DNA of 64,000 bases, taken from positions 186,001 through 250,000 of IMG/VR virus record IMGVR_UViG_3300032288_004964, one strand, 5' to 3'. The first letter of the stretch is position 1. Each line of letters starts with the position of its first letter. The position numbers and the translations under genes were made by a program. This document shows positions 42,387 through 53,491 of this stretch, piece after piece. Below the pieces are notes generated by a model, which did not search any database, was not told where the DNA came from, and worked only from the letters and a program-made list of their open reading frames with translations.

Positions 42387-45300
42387 TATCTAGTTTCTTG
42401 ATTTGCTGGGCTAGCTGTCTTTCTAACAACTACCTGACTTCTGTTAATGATAAATTTAATGGAAAATTGGAATGCTTTATTATCAGCTTCATTTTCTAAG
42501 AAAAATTTCACTTTTTTAATATGTTTAATTGTGCTTCTAGTTGAATTTAAATCAATGAATTCATAATTCAATCCAGAATTAGTAGGATCAAGAGAATTCA
42601 TTTTAAAGTATATGTTTATTGGAACTAAAATAGCTTTATTATCACCACCATTTACTGTTTTTACTTTTTCTGTATTTGTTTCAGTTAAATCCTCTAAAGT
42701 TGGAGTAACTGGATGAATAGTAGTTAATAGCTTACTTTGAGAAGTAGCAGTAGGAACAGTATCTATCCACTTTTTAGTATCTAATAATGATTTATTATTA
42801 CCAACAAATGATAATAAAGTTGTTTCATTATACCCAACATTAAATTCACTTGATGCTAAAACCGAAGTAATAGAATTTGAATTATTAGTAACAAACGCAT
42901 TTCCTATATTTTCAGATAGCTTTGTAACTATTGTCTGTGAATCATTTACAGTTTCAAAGTTAACATTCCATAAGAATTGATTGTTTAACTGAGATCTTGT
43001 TTGACCAGTTGCTGCTGAAGCTAATAACTCATCTTTATCATTTACCCAGAACACTTGAGGTGCTCCGGTGTTATACATATCTGAGTTTTGAACATAACTT
43101 CTATTTGAAAGTAGACCTAATGGTGAATCAATAGAGTTATTTCTAACCTTAACAACAAAATCTTTAATAACATAAATATTATTAGCATAAATTCTTCCTG
43201 CTTGAACTTGCCTAGATAGAGCAGATCCAACAAATTTATCTAAATAGTCTTCACATTCTATATTGAATGTAACTTCAGCTCCATTATCAACAATAAATTC
43301 TTTATTGTTTCTAAGAATAACAACTTGAAGCTCACCTTTAACTCTTTTAATTTTATCTTCTAATGAAGAAATTCTATCCTGAAGAGACTTTAAATATGTT
43401 AATAGATCAAGTGATACACCATTAGCATCTTTGAATCCTGATAAAATAGCATCAGCCGTATGATTATATGTTTTATTACCAACAACTATTGTTCCGGATA
43501 AATGCTGATCTAATCCTTTAGCAGAAAGTTCAGCATTTAATCCAGTTTTTAATTCTTCTTTTGATGCTTCCTTTAGAATAAAGTCATTCTCATTTAAAAC
43601 ATTGTTTAAATCATCTGGAAACTGAACAGTTAATACATCAGACCAATCTGATTCAACTGCTGATTCAGGCCAACCAACTTCAGAGATAGATTTAATTCTA
43701 ATTTCAACCTTTTCATTTGACTGAATTGGAATATCTATCTGATTAATATTTGGAGTATCAGCATTTTCAATATCTTCTATTTGCCAAGTATAAGTTCCAT
43801 TAGTTGTATTATAAACTCTTTTTCTGGCATCTGTTTTAAATTCAGTCCAGTTAGAAAAAACTGCTGTTTGGTTTTTACCAGCTAAACTTTTTACTTTGAA
43901 AGTTTCAGTAGGAGTTTCTTTACCATCTTTAGAAATATATCTATATTGAACTCTAAACTGAACAATTTCTTGCGGAGCGGTTCCTTTAGTTATAATAGCC
44001 TCTGGTATGTTCCAAAAGCCTCTAACAGAGAATTTTGGTTGTATTTTAGTAAGAGAAGGTGATTTTGAAAGATCAATAATCTCTTGAGTAATAGTAGATA
44101 ATAATTTAGATTTACTTTCTCTTTGCTTTGTAAGTAAATCTTTTTCTAAATCTATTTGTTTTCTTTCAGAATCTGAGGTAAATCTTTGTACTTTAGATTT
44201 TTTATTCTTAGACTCAATTGATTCATTAATCTGAGTAACTTCAGACTTCAAAGACATCATTAAATTATGTTTTGTCTTTATTAAATTTGAATCAGGAGAA
44301 TCTGTTAAATGTTTATTAATCTGAACAACTTTAAAGTTTTCAGAGTTTAATGTTGGAGCAACTGGTGTACCAGCTAATTTATTAGGAGTTTTCTTTGCTA
44401 CCAAATCTTGTAGAACTTCACCATAATCATATACATAATCAATATAATATTGTTCCATAGTAAGACCATTACTATTATCAGTAGATGATAGTCTTAAATC
44501 ATTAGTCCAAAATGCAGTACCACCACTCCAATTCTTAGCCATTAAATTAGTTTCAGCATTCATTGGTTTTAAGAAAATAACATTTCTCTCATTATAACCA
44601 ACACTTACTTTAACAGTTTTTGTATAAACAACCGGTGAGTATATTTTCAAAGTACCTAATCCTACTGGAATTGGCTGATTTCCTTCTACTCTTTCAAATC
44701 TAACTCTGTAGTTGGATTCAACTTTAGAAAGTTCAATAATTTTATATCTTGTATTAGATTGTGCTGTATTTATAATTACTTCATCATTAAGAGATAATTG
44801 TCTTACTTCATTTGTATCAGTAACTAAATAGTCAAATGTATTTAAATAATACCAAAGTTTTCTATTTAATTTATCTTCTTCTGTACCTAATACACTAAAA
44901 ACACCATCATATAATAATTGATTAGGATCTAAATCAAAAACTTGCTCATCATAATTTGGATTTGTTGGATTTACTAACCCAGCGGTTGTGGAATACCAAT
45001 CAACAAAGTCATCAATATTAATATTAGATTTACCACTAAATTTTGTATTAAAACTATTAAGTGCTGACTGACCAAGTGGTGTTAGATTACCAGCTGCATC
45101 TACTGCAAAATCAACAATATATCTTCTAACTAAACATTTTCTAACATTATCTTCAACTTTACCAGAAAGATCTATCTCAACAGAGAGCATTGGGTTCATT
45201 AAACCATCAAATATCCAGTTTTTGCTTGATTTAAATGTAGTTAAAGTTTGAAGTTCAGCAATAGGAGAAGGTTCTTTATTAAGATCAATAGTAATAACCT

Positions 45301-45583
45301 TCTTAAATTTATTAGCAGAGGTTCCAGATACTAGAGCACCTGATGTATTTAAATTATAAAGTGAATTTATATTATTATTAAGCCTATCAATTTCACCTTT
45401 CAAATATGAAAAAGATGGTAATGAATATTGAGTAATAACACCACTTGCATCAACTATTTGAACATTAATTACAGGTTCTGTAGTTGTTGTAAGCGAATTT
45501 ATTTTTGAAAGAACTTCAGTTAAATTCTTATTATATGTTATTATTTGTTCTGCTACTGCTGGAAATGAACTTCTTGCTGACAT
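42386..45583 (-). CDS. Large virion structural protein with coiled-coil segments
   Basis: 1065 aa; TAATATATA upstream on the minus strand (45605-45613). Confidence 0.55.
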   Translation of the reverse strand: MSARSSFPAVAEQIITYNKNLTEVLSKINSLTTTTEPVINVQIVDASGVITQYSLPSFSYLKGEIDRLNNNINSLYNLNTSGALVSGTSANKFKKVITIDLNKEPSPIAELQTLTTFKSSKNWIFDGLMNPMLSVEIDLSGKVEDNVRKCLVRRYIVDFAVDAAGNLTPLGQSALNSFNTKFSGKSNINIDDFVDWYSTTAGLVNPTNPNYDEQVFDLDPNQLLYDGVFSVLGTEEDKLNRKLWYYLNTFDYLVTDTNEVRQLSLNDEVIINTAQSNTRYKIIELSKVESNYRVRFERVEGNQPIPVGLGTLKIYSPVVYTKTVKVSVGYNERNVIFLKPMNAETNLMAKNWSGGTAFWTNDLRLSSTDNSNGLTMEQYYIDYVYDYGEVLQDLVAKKTPNKLAGTPVAPTLNSENFKVVQINKHLTDSPDSNLIKTKHNLMMSLKSEVTQINESIESKNKKSKVQRFTSDSERKQIDLEKDLLTKQRESKSKLLSTITQEIIDLSKSPSLTKIQPKFSVRGFWNIPEAIITKGTAPQEIVQFRVQYRYISKDGKETPTETFKVKSLAGKNQTAVFSNWTEFKTDARKRVYNTTNGTYTWQIEDIENADTPNINQIDIPIQSNEKVEIRIKSISEVGWPESAVESDWSDVLTVQFPDDLNNVLNENDFILKEASKEELKTGLNAELSAKGLDQHLSGTIVVGNKTYNHTADAILSGFKDANGVSLDLLTYLKSLQDRISSLEDKIKRVKGELQVVILRNNKEFIVDNGAEVTFNIECEDYLDKFVGSALSRQVQAGRIYANNIYVIKDFVVKVRNNSIDSPLGLLSNRSYVQNSDMYNTGAPQVFWVNDKDELLASAATGQTRSQLNNQFLWNVNFETVNDSQTIVTKLSENIGNAFVTNNSNSITSVLASSEFNVGYNETTLLSFVGNNKSLLDTKKWIDTVPTATSQSKLLTTIHPVTPTLEDLTETNTEKVKTVNGGDNKAILVPINIYFKMNSLDPTNSGLNYEFIDLNSTRSTIKHIKKVKFFLENEADNKAFQFSIKFIINRSQVVVRKTASPANQETR

Positions 45584-45663
45584 TTTAATCTAATGATTTT
45601 TTATTATATATTAAATTCTCTCTTTTTCTTTATTATTTGTTTATTTATTTTTATATTTGTATT

Positions 45664-45903
45664 ATGTTAAAAATATGGACAGTTACATTTAATGATGGTG
45701 GTTGGCATAGTTCCAGACCCGAATATCAAGTAGTAGCCGAATCAAAAGAAGTGGCTATTGAAAAAGTTTTACAAGAAAATCCTCGATACAGAACAGGACA
45801 TGATAAATGGGCCTATGAGTTCAAAATTGAAGGATATGTAATTGAGGTTTATGATGAAAAAACATATAATCGTGATAAAAATTTAGAAAAGCTTGATATT
45901 TAA
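45664..45903 (+). CDS. Small hypothetical protein
   Basis: Likely start ATG 45664 just after TATATTTG (45652-59). Confidence 0.55.
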   Translation: MLKIWTVTFNDGGWHSSRPEYQVVAESKEVAIEKVLQENPRYRTGHDKWAYEFKIEGYVIEVYDEKTYNRDKNLEKLDI

Positions 45904-45922
45904 AAATAATTACTTATCTTTG
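45893..45922 (+). promoter_or_regulatory. Bacteroidota-type sigma-A promoter (-33/-7)
   Basis: TTG, 19-nt spacer, TATCTTTG immediately before the ligase start, suggesting a nearly leaderless mRNA. Confidence 0.6.
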
Positions 45923-45926
45923 TAAT

Positions 45927-47795
45927 ATGATAGAACAATTAAAAGAACAGATTATTAAAGCCAATGATGCTTATCGCTCTGGTAAATCTATAATTTCAGA
46001 TGTTAAATATGACCAACTAATTGAAGAATTATCTTTACTATCACCTGATGATGAACTACTTACAAAAGTAGGACATGTGGTTGTTGATGAAACTCGTAAG
46101 AGTAAACTACCTATTGAAATGGCTTCAATGAATAAAATTAAGTCTATGGGAGACATAGATAATTGGACTCGTCTTAAAGGAATAAATCAAAATGAATTAG
46201 TTATAATGACACCTAAGTTTGATGGTCTTTCTCTTTGTGTTAAAGAAGATGATAATGAAGCTTGGACTCGTGGTGATGGTGAATTTGGTCAAAAATCTGA
46301 CGAACACTATAAACTAATTCAAAATCACTTATATGAAGATGGATTTACTGATGATACAACCGATCCATTTGCACCCATTGAATTCAAATATACTTATGGT
46401 GAGGTGATGATGCCTAAGAAAGTATTCATTGATAAATATTCTACTGACTTTGCTAATCCAAGAAACTTGGTAGCTGGTCTTATTAATAATAAAGAAGCTA
46501 CAAATCCTTTATCAGATTGTCAGTATATTAAATATGGTGGAATGCCTTCCAAAGCTTTTAATCCAAAAACTAAAAAAGAAATACTTGATACTCTTAACAA
46601 TGGCCAGAGAAGTAAAGTAAACTATCATATCTGTAAAGTTTCTGAATTAACAGAAGAACTACTAATCGGATTATTCCATAAGTGGTCTGTTGATTTTGAA
46701 ATTGATGGAATTATTATTGAAATTAATGACTTAACATTACAAAATAAATTAGGTCGCGAAACCTCATCAAACAATCCTGTTTGGGCTCGCGCTTTCAAAC
46801 ATCCTTCTTTTGAACAATCTGCTGAAACAGATGTTATTGGAATCTCTTGGAATATTTCTAAACAAGGTTTATTAAAACCAACTCTACATATTAATCCTGT
46901 TAAATTAGACGGTGTTACAGTGTCTAATGTTACTGGTAACAATGCTCGTTTTGTAAAAGACTTAGGACTTGGTGTAGGTGCTAAAGTAGTTGTAAAACGC
47001 TCAGGAATGGTTATTCCAATCATTGCTGATGTTATCAAACCCGTTGATTTTGTTCAACCTACTATTGATGGAGTTGAAATAGATTGGAATGAGGCTGGCA
47101 TTGAGTTAATTACTTTAACAGAAACTGACGATCAAAAATTAAAAAAGATTGTTGCTTTCTTTGAAATCTTAGAAGCAGACAATGTGTCAGAAGGAGTTAT
47201 TACTCAACTATGGGATGCTGGTTATAAAACAATAAAAGATATTTTAAGTCTAAAAACTTCTGACTTAGAAAAAATTGACAGATTTGGTAAGCGTAAGGCT
47301 CAAATTGTTTTTGATTCAATTCAAAAATCTGTTAGTAATGTTCAGTTGTCTAAACTACAACACGCTACTGGTATCTTCAAAGGATTAGGATCTAAGAAAT
47401 TAGTTCTTTTAGAAGATTTCAAAACTAAACCAACTATTGACCAAGTAATGTCAATTGAAGGATTTGCTGAAGTATCTGCTAAATCATATATTGATTCATA
47501 TGATGTATTCTTTGATTTTATCAAAGATTTGCCTGTCACAATTGTAGAAAAAGTAGAAGCTGCAAAAGTTGGCACGGATCTTGATGGTAAACAATTTGTA
47601 TTTACTGGAGTAAGACGTGCTGATTTAGAATCAGTTATTGAATCCCGTGGTGGTAAGATTGGTAGTGGTGTATCTAAAAATACAACATATTTAGTTATGA
47701 AAGCAGTAGGTAGTGGTTCTTCTAAAGAGAAGAAGGCTATTGAATTGGGAGTACAAGTTATTACAGTTGAACAATTAGAAAAATTATTATCATGA
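45927..47795 (+). CDS. ligA: NAD-dependent DNA ligase
   Basis: Adenylation motif PKFDG, TRGDGEFG, NPRNLVAG, EIDGIII, OB fold (RSGMVIP), HhH motifs, C-terminal BRCT (GKQFVFTG...GVSKNT); no Zn-finger cysteines. Confidence 0.92.
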   Translation: MIEQLKEQIIKANDAYRSGKSIISDVKYDQLIEELSLLSPDDELLTKVGHVVVDETRKSKLPIEMASMNKIKSMGDIDNWTRLKGINQNELVIMTPKFDGLSLCVKEDDNEAWTRGDGEFGQKSDEHYKLIQNHLYEDGFTDDTTDPFAPIEFKYTYGEVMMPKKVFIDKYSTDFANPRNLVAGLINNKEATNPLSDCQYIKYGGMPSKAFNPKTKKEILDTLNNGQRSKVNYHICKVSELTEELLIGLFHKWSVDFEIDGIIIEINDLTLQNKLGRETSSNNPVWARAFKHPSFEQSAETDVIGISWNISKQGLLKPTLHINPVKLDGVTVSNVTGNNARFVKDLGLGVGAKVVVKRSGMVIPIIADVIKPVDFVQPTIDGVEIDWNEAGIELITLTETDDQKLKKIVAFFEILEADNVSEGVITQLWDAGYKTIKDILSLKTSDLEKIDRFGKRKAQIVFDSIQKSVSNVQLSKLQHATGIFKGLGSKKLVLLEDFKTKPTIDQVMSIEGFAEVSAKSYIDSYDVFFDFIKDLPVTIVEKVEAAKVGTDLDGKQFVFTGVRRADLESVIESRGGKIGSGVSKNTTYLVMKAVGSGSSKEKKAIELGVQVITVEQLEKLLS

Positions 47796-48166
47796 TATTA
47801 TTTTTAGGAATTATTATAGGATTTATATTAGGTCTTCCAATTGGTTTTATCAAGTGGAAGAAAAAACCCGCTATTGAGAAATACTCAAGAAGGGGTTTAT
47901 TAGAAAAGAGTTTTTCTGTTATGGGTATGGTTGAAAAAGAAACAGTTGATGTTTTATTTGAGATTGGTGAGTTAGAATCAACTGATGTATTATCAAAAAT
48001 TGAAGTCATTAATCTCAAACCAAATAAGTCAGAGTATAATTCAGAGTATAATAAAAAAAGATTAACGGATATGGTTGATAATTCTTGGGTAAATAGTAAA
48101 GATATTACCTGGATTACAACTGCTGCTGATACAAGAAATAAAAAAATAGACCAAATACTTAATTAA
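47792..48166 (+). CDS. Membrane-anchored hypothetical protein with C-terminal RNKKIDQIL motif
   Basis: N-terminal TM helix; ATGA overlap. Confidence 0.55.
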   Translation: MILFLGIIIGFILGLPIGFIKWKKKPAIEKYSRRGLLEKSFSVMGMVEKETVDVLFEIGELESTDVLSKIEVINLKPNKSEYNSEYNKKRLTDMVDNSWVNSKDITWITTAADTRNKKIDQILN

Positions 48167-48167
48167 T

Positions 48168-48464
48168 ATGAATTTTGAAGATTTAGTACTTCCTCATATT
48201 ATGTATATTTCTTTTCCTGATTCTGAAAGGATAGGGCTGTGGTACTTAGGTGGAGAACCAGAGGAAAATCATAGTAGATTAACTGTTGGTAAATTGTATC
48301 ATCTTAATACAAAGCTATACTCACCAACCAGAGATATAGAAAGAGTTAAGGTTTGGACTACAGAAGATAATGAAAATAGAGGAAGACTTTGTAAAGTTAA
48401 GTTAGAAAATTTTGGTACCTTAGCTGACTTAAGAAATAAAAAAATAGAACAAATATTAAAATAA
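48168..48464 (+). CDS. Hypothetical protein with C-terminal RNKKIEQIL motif
   Basis: 98 aa. Confidence 0.55.
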   Translation: MNFEDLVLPHIMYISFPDSERIGLWYLGGEPEENHSRLTVGKLYHLNTKLYSPTRDIERVKVWTTEDNENRGRLCKVKLENFGTLADLRNKKIEQILK

Positions 48465-48863
48465 ATGGCACTGACTTGTCCTAAATGTGAAAAAACAAAC
48501 AAATGTGATTGTAAAACTTGCAACCCAGATGGTACCGCAACTGATTTAGTTATTATACTTGAAGATGAAAGACTTTATCAATGTTGTTTTTGTGGTCATA
48601 AGTTTGATGAACAAGACTCATTAGATTTTGACTGGGATAGAATGATTGCTCATATTGCTGAAAAAGCAACACCCGAATTGTGTTTAGAGTGGTTGTCATT
48701 AGTTCATAAGGAAAGAATTGCTTTAGAGGAAAAGGTTGGTGTAGGTGAGTTTGGATTTGAACAAGCATTTAGATATCATTTCAAAATGAATTGGGGTGAT
48801 TGCGATAGAGCAACATTTATAACACTTAAAAGAGATTTAAAAATAAATAAAATTATAAATTAA
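48465..48863 (+). CDS. Cys-rich Zn-binding hypothetical protein with C-terminal RDLKINKII motif
   Basis: CPKC..CDCKTC...CCFC. Confidence 0.55.
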   Translation: MALTCPKCEKTNKCDCKTCNPDGTATDLVIILEDERLYQCCFCGHKFDEQDSLDFDWDRMIAHIAEKATPELCLEWLSLVHKERIALEEKVGVGEFGFEQAFRYHFKMNWGDCDRATFITLKRDLKINKIIN

Positions 48864-48864
48864 T

Positions 48865-49380
48865 ATGGGTTGTGACATACACTTTTTTACCGAAAGATGG
48901 ACTTCAGACAATAAATATGAAGGTCCAAAAGATTTAGCTGAAGATAGAGATTCTAAGCTAGAAGAAATATTAGAAAATACCGAACCTACTTATAGGTGGG
49001 TTTCTGCTGATAAGTGGTCCACTGATAGATATGGTGATGATAGTTGGTCTGCGGATGAACTTTATGGTGGTAGAAACTATTTTCTATTTGCTGTTTTAGC
49101 TGATGTAAGAAATGGATACGATATAGATCCGATAGATTACCCAAGGGGAATACCTGATGATTTATCATCTGGATATAAGTATATTACAAATAGATGGGAT
49201 GGTGATGGACATTCACACTCTTATTTTACTTTAGATGAATTACTAAATGTTAATTGGTCAAAATATGAAAAATCGGATAGAGTAGGTTGGTTATATGAGT
49301 TTATGGAAACTATTGAACAAATGAAATCTATTGATCCTGATCCAAAAAATGTAAGATGTTGTTTCTTTTTTGACAACTAA
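48865..49380 (+). CDS. Conserved phage hypothetical protein (MGCDIH...RNYFLFAVLADVRN...FFFDN)
   Basis: Motif pattern commonly seen in phage hypothetical proteins; 171 aa. Confidence 0.6.
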   Translation: MGCDIHFFTERWTSDNKYEGPKDLAEDRDSKLEEILENTEPTYRWVSADKWSTDRYGDDSWSADELYGGRNYFLFAVLADVRNGYDIDPIDYPRGIPDDLSSGYKYITNRWDGDGHSHSYFTLDELLNVNWSKYEKSDRVGWLYEFMETIEQMKSIDPDPKNVRCCFFFDN

Positions 49381-49405
49381 ATATTAAATTACTAAAACCA
49401 GATAT

Positions 49406-49606
49406 ATGAAACAGAAAAAATTAAAAAAACTCGGATACGGAGTAGCTATTCATTATAATGAATATAAGGGTATCTTTGAAGTTTATCAGATTGGTACTTA
49501 CAATCCAAGTGATCCAAGTATTAATAAGGAATCACAAATTGTGACTAAAAATAAAAGCCTGAAGAAAGCTGTTAAAAGTTTTCAAAATTACCGTAAATTA
49601 GTTTAA
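49406..49606 (+). CDS. Small basic hypothetical protein
   Basis: 66 aa. Confidence 0.5.
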   Translation: MKQKKLKKLGYGVAIHYNEYKGIFEVYQIGTYNPSDPSINKESQIVTKNKSLKKAVKSFQNYRKLV

Positions 49607-49739
49607 AGGAGTTGAAACTTTTTTATATATATTTTATATAAATTATTCCAATAAACGGAAATTAACGGCAATAAAAAGAAATTAAAAACCCAAATTGATA
49701 GCTAATAAAGGCAGTCAACAAAAAAATAAATGGCAATAT

Positions 49740-50348
49740 ATGCAATCTAAAGCAAAGACAACAATTCTATTCTCTGAACAAGAGAAAGTTTTCAAAGAAA
49801 GAACAGGAAAAGACTTTAACAGTCTTTACACAAAGTACTACCCTAAATTAGTTTACTTCACTTCTAAAATCTGTAATGATACTCAAAAAGCTGAAGACAT
49901 TTCAACAGAATCATTTTTATCAGCATTTGATAAAATTGAAAAATATGAAAAAGACAAATCACAATTTTCTACTTGGCTTTTTACAATAGCCAAAAACTTA
50001 GCACTTCAAGAAATTAAAATTCAAAAGAAAACAACTTCTATGGATCTTGAATATGATGAGGAAGGAACAACTATGAAAGACTTTATTCAAGAAGATGAAG
50101 ACTATTCATATCTACATGAGGTACATGCTAAAAAGGCAGATATCATGAAAAGTAAAATATCTCAATTAAAAAACCCATATAAAAAGGTGATTGAAATGAG
50201 AGAAATTAAAAAGATGTCATATAAAGATATCTCTGATGAATTAAATCTTAATTTATCAACAGTTAAATCACAAATTAGAAACGGAAGAGCTATCCTTATC
50301 AAAGAAACTCAAAAGGAATTTGATGAGATAGATGAAATGTATTTATAA
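49740..50348 (+). CDS. Sigma-70-family (ECF-like) RNA polymerase sigma factor
   Basis: Likely start ATG 49740; region 2 ([16 protein letters not shown]...[11 protein letters not shown]) and region 4 ([24 protein letters not shown]). Confidence 0.85.
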   Translation: MQSKAKTTILFSEQEKVFKERTGKDFNSLYTKYYPKLVYFTSKICNDTQKAEDISTESFLSAFDKIEKYEKDKSQFSTWLFTIAKNLALQEIKIQKKTTSMDLEYDEEGTTMKDFIQEDEDYSYLHEVHAKKADIMKSKISQLKNPYKKVIEMREIKKMSYKDISDELNLNLSTVKSQIRNGRAILIKETQKEFDEIDEMYL

Positions 50349-50362
50349 ATAATAAATACCTT

Positions 50363-50450
50363 GGAGAAATGGCAGAGTGGTCGATTGCGGCAGTCTTGAA
50401 AACTGTTGAACCGTGAGGTTCCTGGGGTTCGAATCCCTATTTCTCCGCCA
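50363..50450 (+). tRNA. tRNA-Ser(UGA), canonical type II
   Basis: GGAGAAA/TTTCTCC acceptor, CT-TGA-AA loop, long variable arm, TTCGAAT T-loop, G73 and encoded CCA. Confidence 0.95.
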
Positions 50451-50474
50451 AGGTATTTTTTAAACCTAGTAAAA

Positions 50475-51776
50475 ATGAATATAGAATCTTTAGGCAGACA
50501 AGCTATAGACAGGATTAAATCTCAATGGGGTTTACCTAAAAATGGTTTTATCGCCGGTGGGTCAATCGCCAACATTGTTTGGGAATTGGTATCTGGTAAT
50601 AAAGCTATCATTAATGATATTGATGTTTTTGTTTTTGATGGTATTCAAGACGAGTTAGATAAATCTGACAAATCTTCATTATTTAACTATCAAGAAAAAG
50701 AAACCAAATATGGTGAAGATTATACTGGTATGTGTTTCAATACATATACTAAGGACTTTTATTCTATAGTTGAGTCTACTAAAGATGATATATTTAATAT
50801 TGTTAAATACAAATCAAATAGTAAAGATCCTTCTTTAATTATTAAATCATTTGATATTAACTCAACAAGAATTGGATATTCTATCGAGAAAGATGAAATA
50901 TACTGGACTCCTGATTTTGAAGAGTTCTTAAAAACAGGTGAGTTAAAAATCACAAATCTTATGACACCTTCTCATACAGCAGTAAGAATTGCTAAGAAAA
51001 GTAAAGAGTTAAAAGCTAAAATAGACATTTTTGAATTTAAACTTTTACAATATGCGCTTTGCCATGGATTTTCTGATAGAATTAAGTTTAGATTTAAGGA
51101 AAGATATCACCAGATGTATAAAGATAACTTAGATATACTTGATAGTATGTTTTGTTTATCTAGAGATACTGAGGCTGAACAATATGTTAGATCTCAATAT
51201 GGTGATATTACTGAACTTTATTACTTAAGTCCTAAAGTAGAAGATGGTAATCCAGAACTTGAAATTCCTCATTATATTAATACTAGTCCTTCTTTTGGTA
51301 AAATTTTTGGAGAATCAGATAATAATGTTAATATTATAAGTAAGTCTATAGATTTTTTATTTTATATGAGAAATATCTGGGGTAATGAAAATCTTCAAAA
51401 CATTTGGAAAAATGTTTATTACTTCTTTACTGATGTTAATTATATTGATAGAGAGATAAATAATGAGGATTTAGAATTGTTATCAAGGTTTTCACAATAT
51501 GCTCCTAAATCTATTGAGAATCTTAAAGGAATGAAAATATCTGAACAAATTGATATCATTAAAACATTTTTAGATAAATTTAAAGATGATCCTTTAGTTG
51601 CCATTTCCATAATAGAGAAGATTAAAGTAACTAAAGACTTGATATTGGATGATGAAACAACTCTTATTTTAGAATTATCTGTTAGAAAAGAAATTGTAAA
51701 TGATACAAGAAATAAGGTTAGAAGAATTTTGAATAATGAAAATGATAGAAATCAAAACTTTTTAGCAGATTTTTAA
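50475..51776 (+). CDS. Nucleotidyltransferase-superfamily protein (poly(A) polymerase/CCA-enzyme-like head)
   Basis: Likely start ATG 50475; GFIAGGS...NDIDVF and downstream FDIN motifs. Confidence 0.55.
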   Translation: MNIESLGRQAIDRIKSQWGLPKNGFIAGGSIANIVWELVSGNKAIINDIDVFVFDGIQDELDKSDKSSLFNYQEKETKYGEDYTGMCFNTYTKDFYSIVESTKDDIFNIVKYKSNSKDPSLIIKSFDINSTRIGYSIEKDEIYWTPDFEEFLKTGELKITNLMTPSHTAVRIAKKSKELKAKIDIFEFKLLQYALCHGFSDRIKFRFKERYHQMYKDNLDILDSMFCLSRDTEAEQYVRSQYGDITELYYLSPKVEDGNPELEIPHYINTSPSFGKIFGESDNNVNIISKSIDFLFYMRNIWGNENLQNIWKNVYYFFTDVNYIDREINNEDLELLSRFSQYAPKSIENLKGMKISEQIDIIKTFLDKFKDDPLVAISIIEKIKVTKDLILDDETTLILELSVRKEIVNDTRNKVRRILNNENDRNQNFLADF

Positions 51777-51800
51777 TATAAAAAAGAAAAATATAAAATT

Positions 51801-52127
51801 ATGGTGGTTTATACAACTGAATTAAATAATGAAAACTATAATACATTCGTAGGATCTAATTTGGCTCTTGTGGATGTTTGGGCAACTTGGTGTGGTCCTT
51901 GTAGAATGATCTCTCCTATTGTAGATGAAATTTCTTCTGAATATCATGATAAAGGATTATCTGTTGGTAAATTAGATGCAGATGCTAATAGAGAAACTGT
52001 TACTGAACTTGGAATTAGAAACATCCCAACAATTCTTCTTTATAAGAATGGTGAGATTGTTGACAAAAGCACAGGTGCTGTAACCAAACAAAAATTAGTA
52101 GAAATGATTGATAAACACCTTTCTTAA
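51801..52127 (+). CDS. trxA: Thioredoxin
   Basis: WATWCGPC active site, IRNIPT cis-Pro motif. Confidence 0.92.
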   Translation: MVVYTTELNNENYNTFVGSNLALVDVWATWCGPCRMISPIVDEISSEYHDKGLSVGKLDADANRETVTELGIRNIPTILLYKNGEIVDKSTGAVTKQKLVEMIDKHLS

Positions 52128-52705
52128 TGAAAGATATTAATTATCTATTTGATCTATTAAAGCAATCTAATGTATCTCTTTTAGGATATACATTTAGACA
52201 AGAAAGACTCAAAGACGAGATTATTTCAAAATTACCTCATGTTGTAATTCCGGAAATAGACTCGTCTTTTTCTTTTAAATCTTTTTTAAGAGATTTGAAA
52301 TTAAAATCAATTTTAGAAACTGGAGAGATTGTAAATAATCCAGAGTATTTTGTTTTAGATTTAAATAATATCAGATCTGTTGAGTCTGATATAATTGGTA
52401 GACAAAGACAAATAAAGAGTATTGTAAATAACATTGTGGTGAGTAGCATGTCTATGTCTCATTCTTATAAACTTTTATTACTTACTACACTATATAAAAG
52501 TGGAACTAATACAGATAATTCTGATATTACAAATTTTTCAGGAGGTAGTCAACCAATCTATATGAGTGATATTGCTATTGTAATGAAAGATAAATCTATG
52601 AAGGTAATAAAAAATAGATTTGGTAATGATGGTGATGATATATTAATATCATTTGATAAATTAAAAGAATATAATTACATTTGTAACTATGAACATAACA
52701 ACTAA
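52127..52705 (+). CDS. Hypothetical protein with a DnaB/RecA-like helicase C-terminal-like segment
   Basis: SGGSQPIYMSD...KVIKNRFG; no Walker A motif. Confidence 0.45.
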   Translation: MKDINYLFDLLKQSNVSLLGYTFRQERLKDEIISKLPHVVIPEIDSSFSFKSFLRDLKLKSILETGEIVNNPEYFVLDLNNIRSVESDIIGRQRQIKSIVNNIVVSSMSMSHSYKLLLLTTLYKSGTNTDNSDITNFSGGSQPIYMSDIAIVMKDKSMKVIKNRFGNDGDDILISFDKLKEYNYICNYEHNN

Positions 52706-53123
52706 TAGAAAAGCACATTATGAATTCTCAATACTTCAAGAGTTTGAGGCAGGTATTGTGCTTATAGGAACTGAAGTTAAATCTATTAGAAAAGGTGATG
52801 TAACTATTGGTGATTCCTTTATCTATATTAAAAATGGTGAAGTTTGGGCCAAAAATGTCAAAGTAGCTAAATACAAACAATCTTATTCTGGAGATACTCA
52901 CGATGATAACCGTGATAAAAAACTACTACTAAACAGATCTGAAATTAATAAAATAGAAAAACTTCTTCAAGATAAAGGAGTAACTATTGTTCCCTTAAGT
53001 ATTTTTACTTTAAACAATAAAATCAAAATGAAGATTGCTGTTGTAAAAGGTAAAAAGATGTATGATAAAAGGGAAACTATCAAAAAGAGAGATGTTGAAA
53101 GAGATTTAAGAAGAGTTGCTTAA
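52689..53123 (+). CDS. smpB: SsrA-binding protein SmpB
   Basis: NRKAHYEF...EAGIVLIGTEVKSIR...RDKKLLL...GKKMYDKRETIKKRDVER. Confidence 0.95.
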   Translation: MNITTNRKAHYEFSILQEFEAGIVLIGTEVKSIRKGDVTIGDSFIYIKNGEVWAKNVKVAKYKQSYSGDTHDDNRDKKLLLNRSEINKIEKLLQDKGVTIVPLSIFTLNNKIKMKIAVVKGKKMYDKRETIKKRDVERDLRRVA

Positions 53124-53125
53124 TC

Positions 53126-53491
53126 ATGAAAAGAGAAGAGAAATTTCAACAAGTATTAAAGCTTTTAGAGAACTCTCAAAATGAGGAAGAAGTTATTTCT
53201 CATCTTACTAAAATGCTTAAAGAATTTAGTATCTACTTTTATAAAGATATTATCTTTTCAAATCCTTACTTTAAATCCCTTATTCCTGAAATAAAAGAAG
53301 TTGTTAAAATAGATTTATTATCAGTGAAGAAATCTATTTTAGATGAGTTAAAATCTATTCAAAAAGAAATAGATATGTTTAAGGGATATGGTAATGTTAA
53401 TAATTTAGAAAAATACAAAGATCTTAAAAGAGATTGTTTATTACTATTAGATGAAGTTATTGAAAGAGAGAAGGAATTAGACTCACTTTAA
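53126..53491 (+). CDS. Hypothetical protein
   Basis: 121 aa. Confidence 0.5.
   Translation: MKREEKFQQVLKLLENSQNEEEVISHLTKMLKEFSIYFYKDIIFSNPYFKSLIPEIKEVVKIDLLSVKKSILDELKSIQKEIDMFKGYGNVNNLEKYKDLKRDCLLLLDEVIEREKELDSL

Noticed and set aside
50406-50474. N-terminal extension of the nucleotidyltransferase ORF from TTG 50406
   Set aside because: It overlaps tRNA-Ser 50363-50450; ATG 50475 is the plausible start
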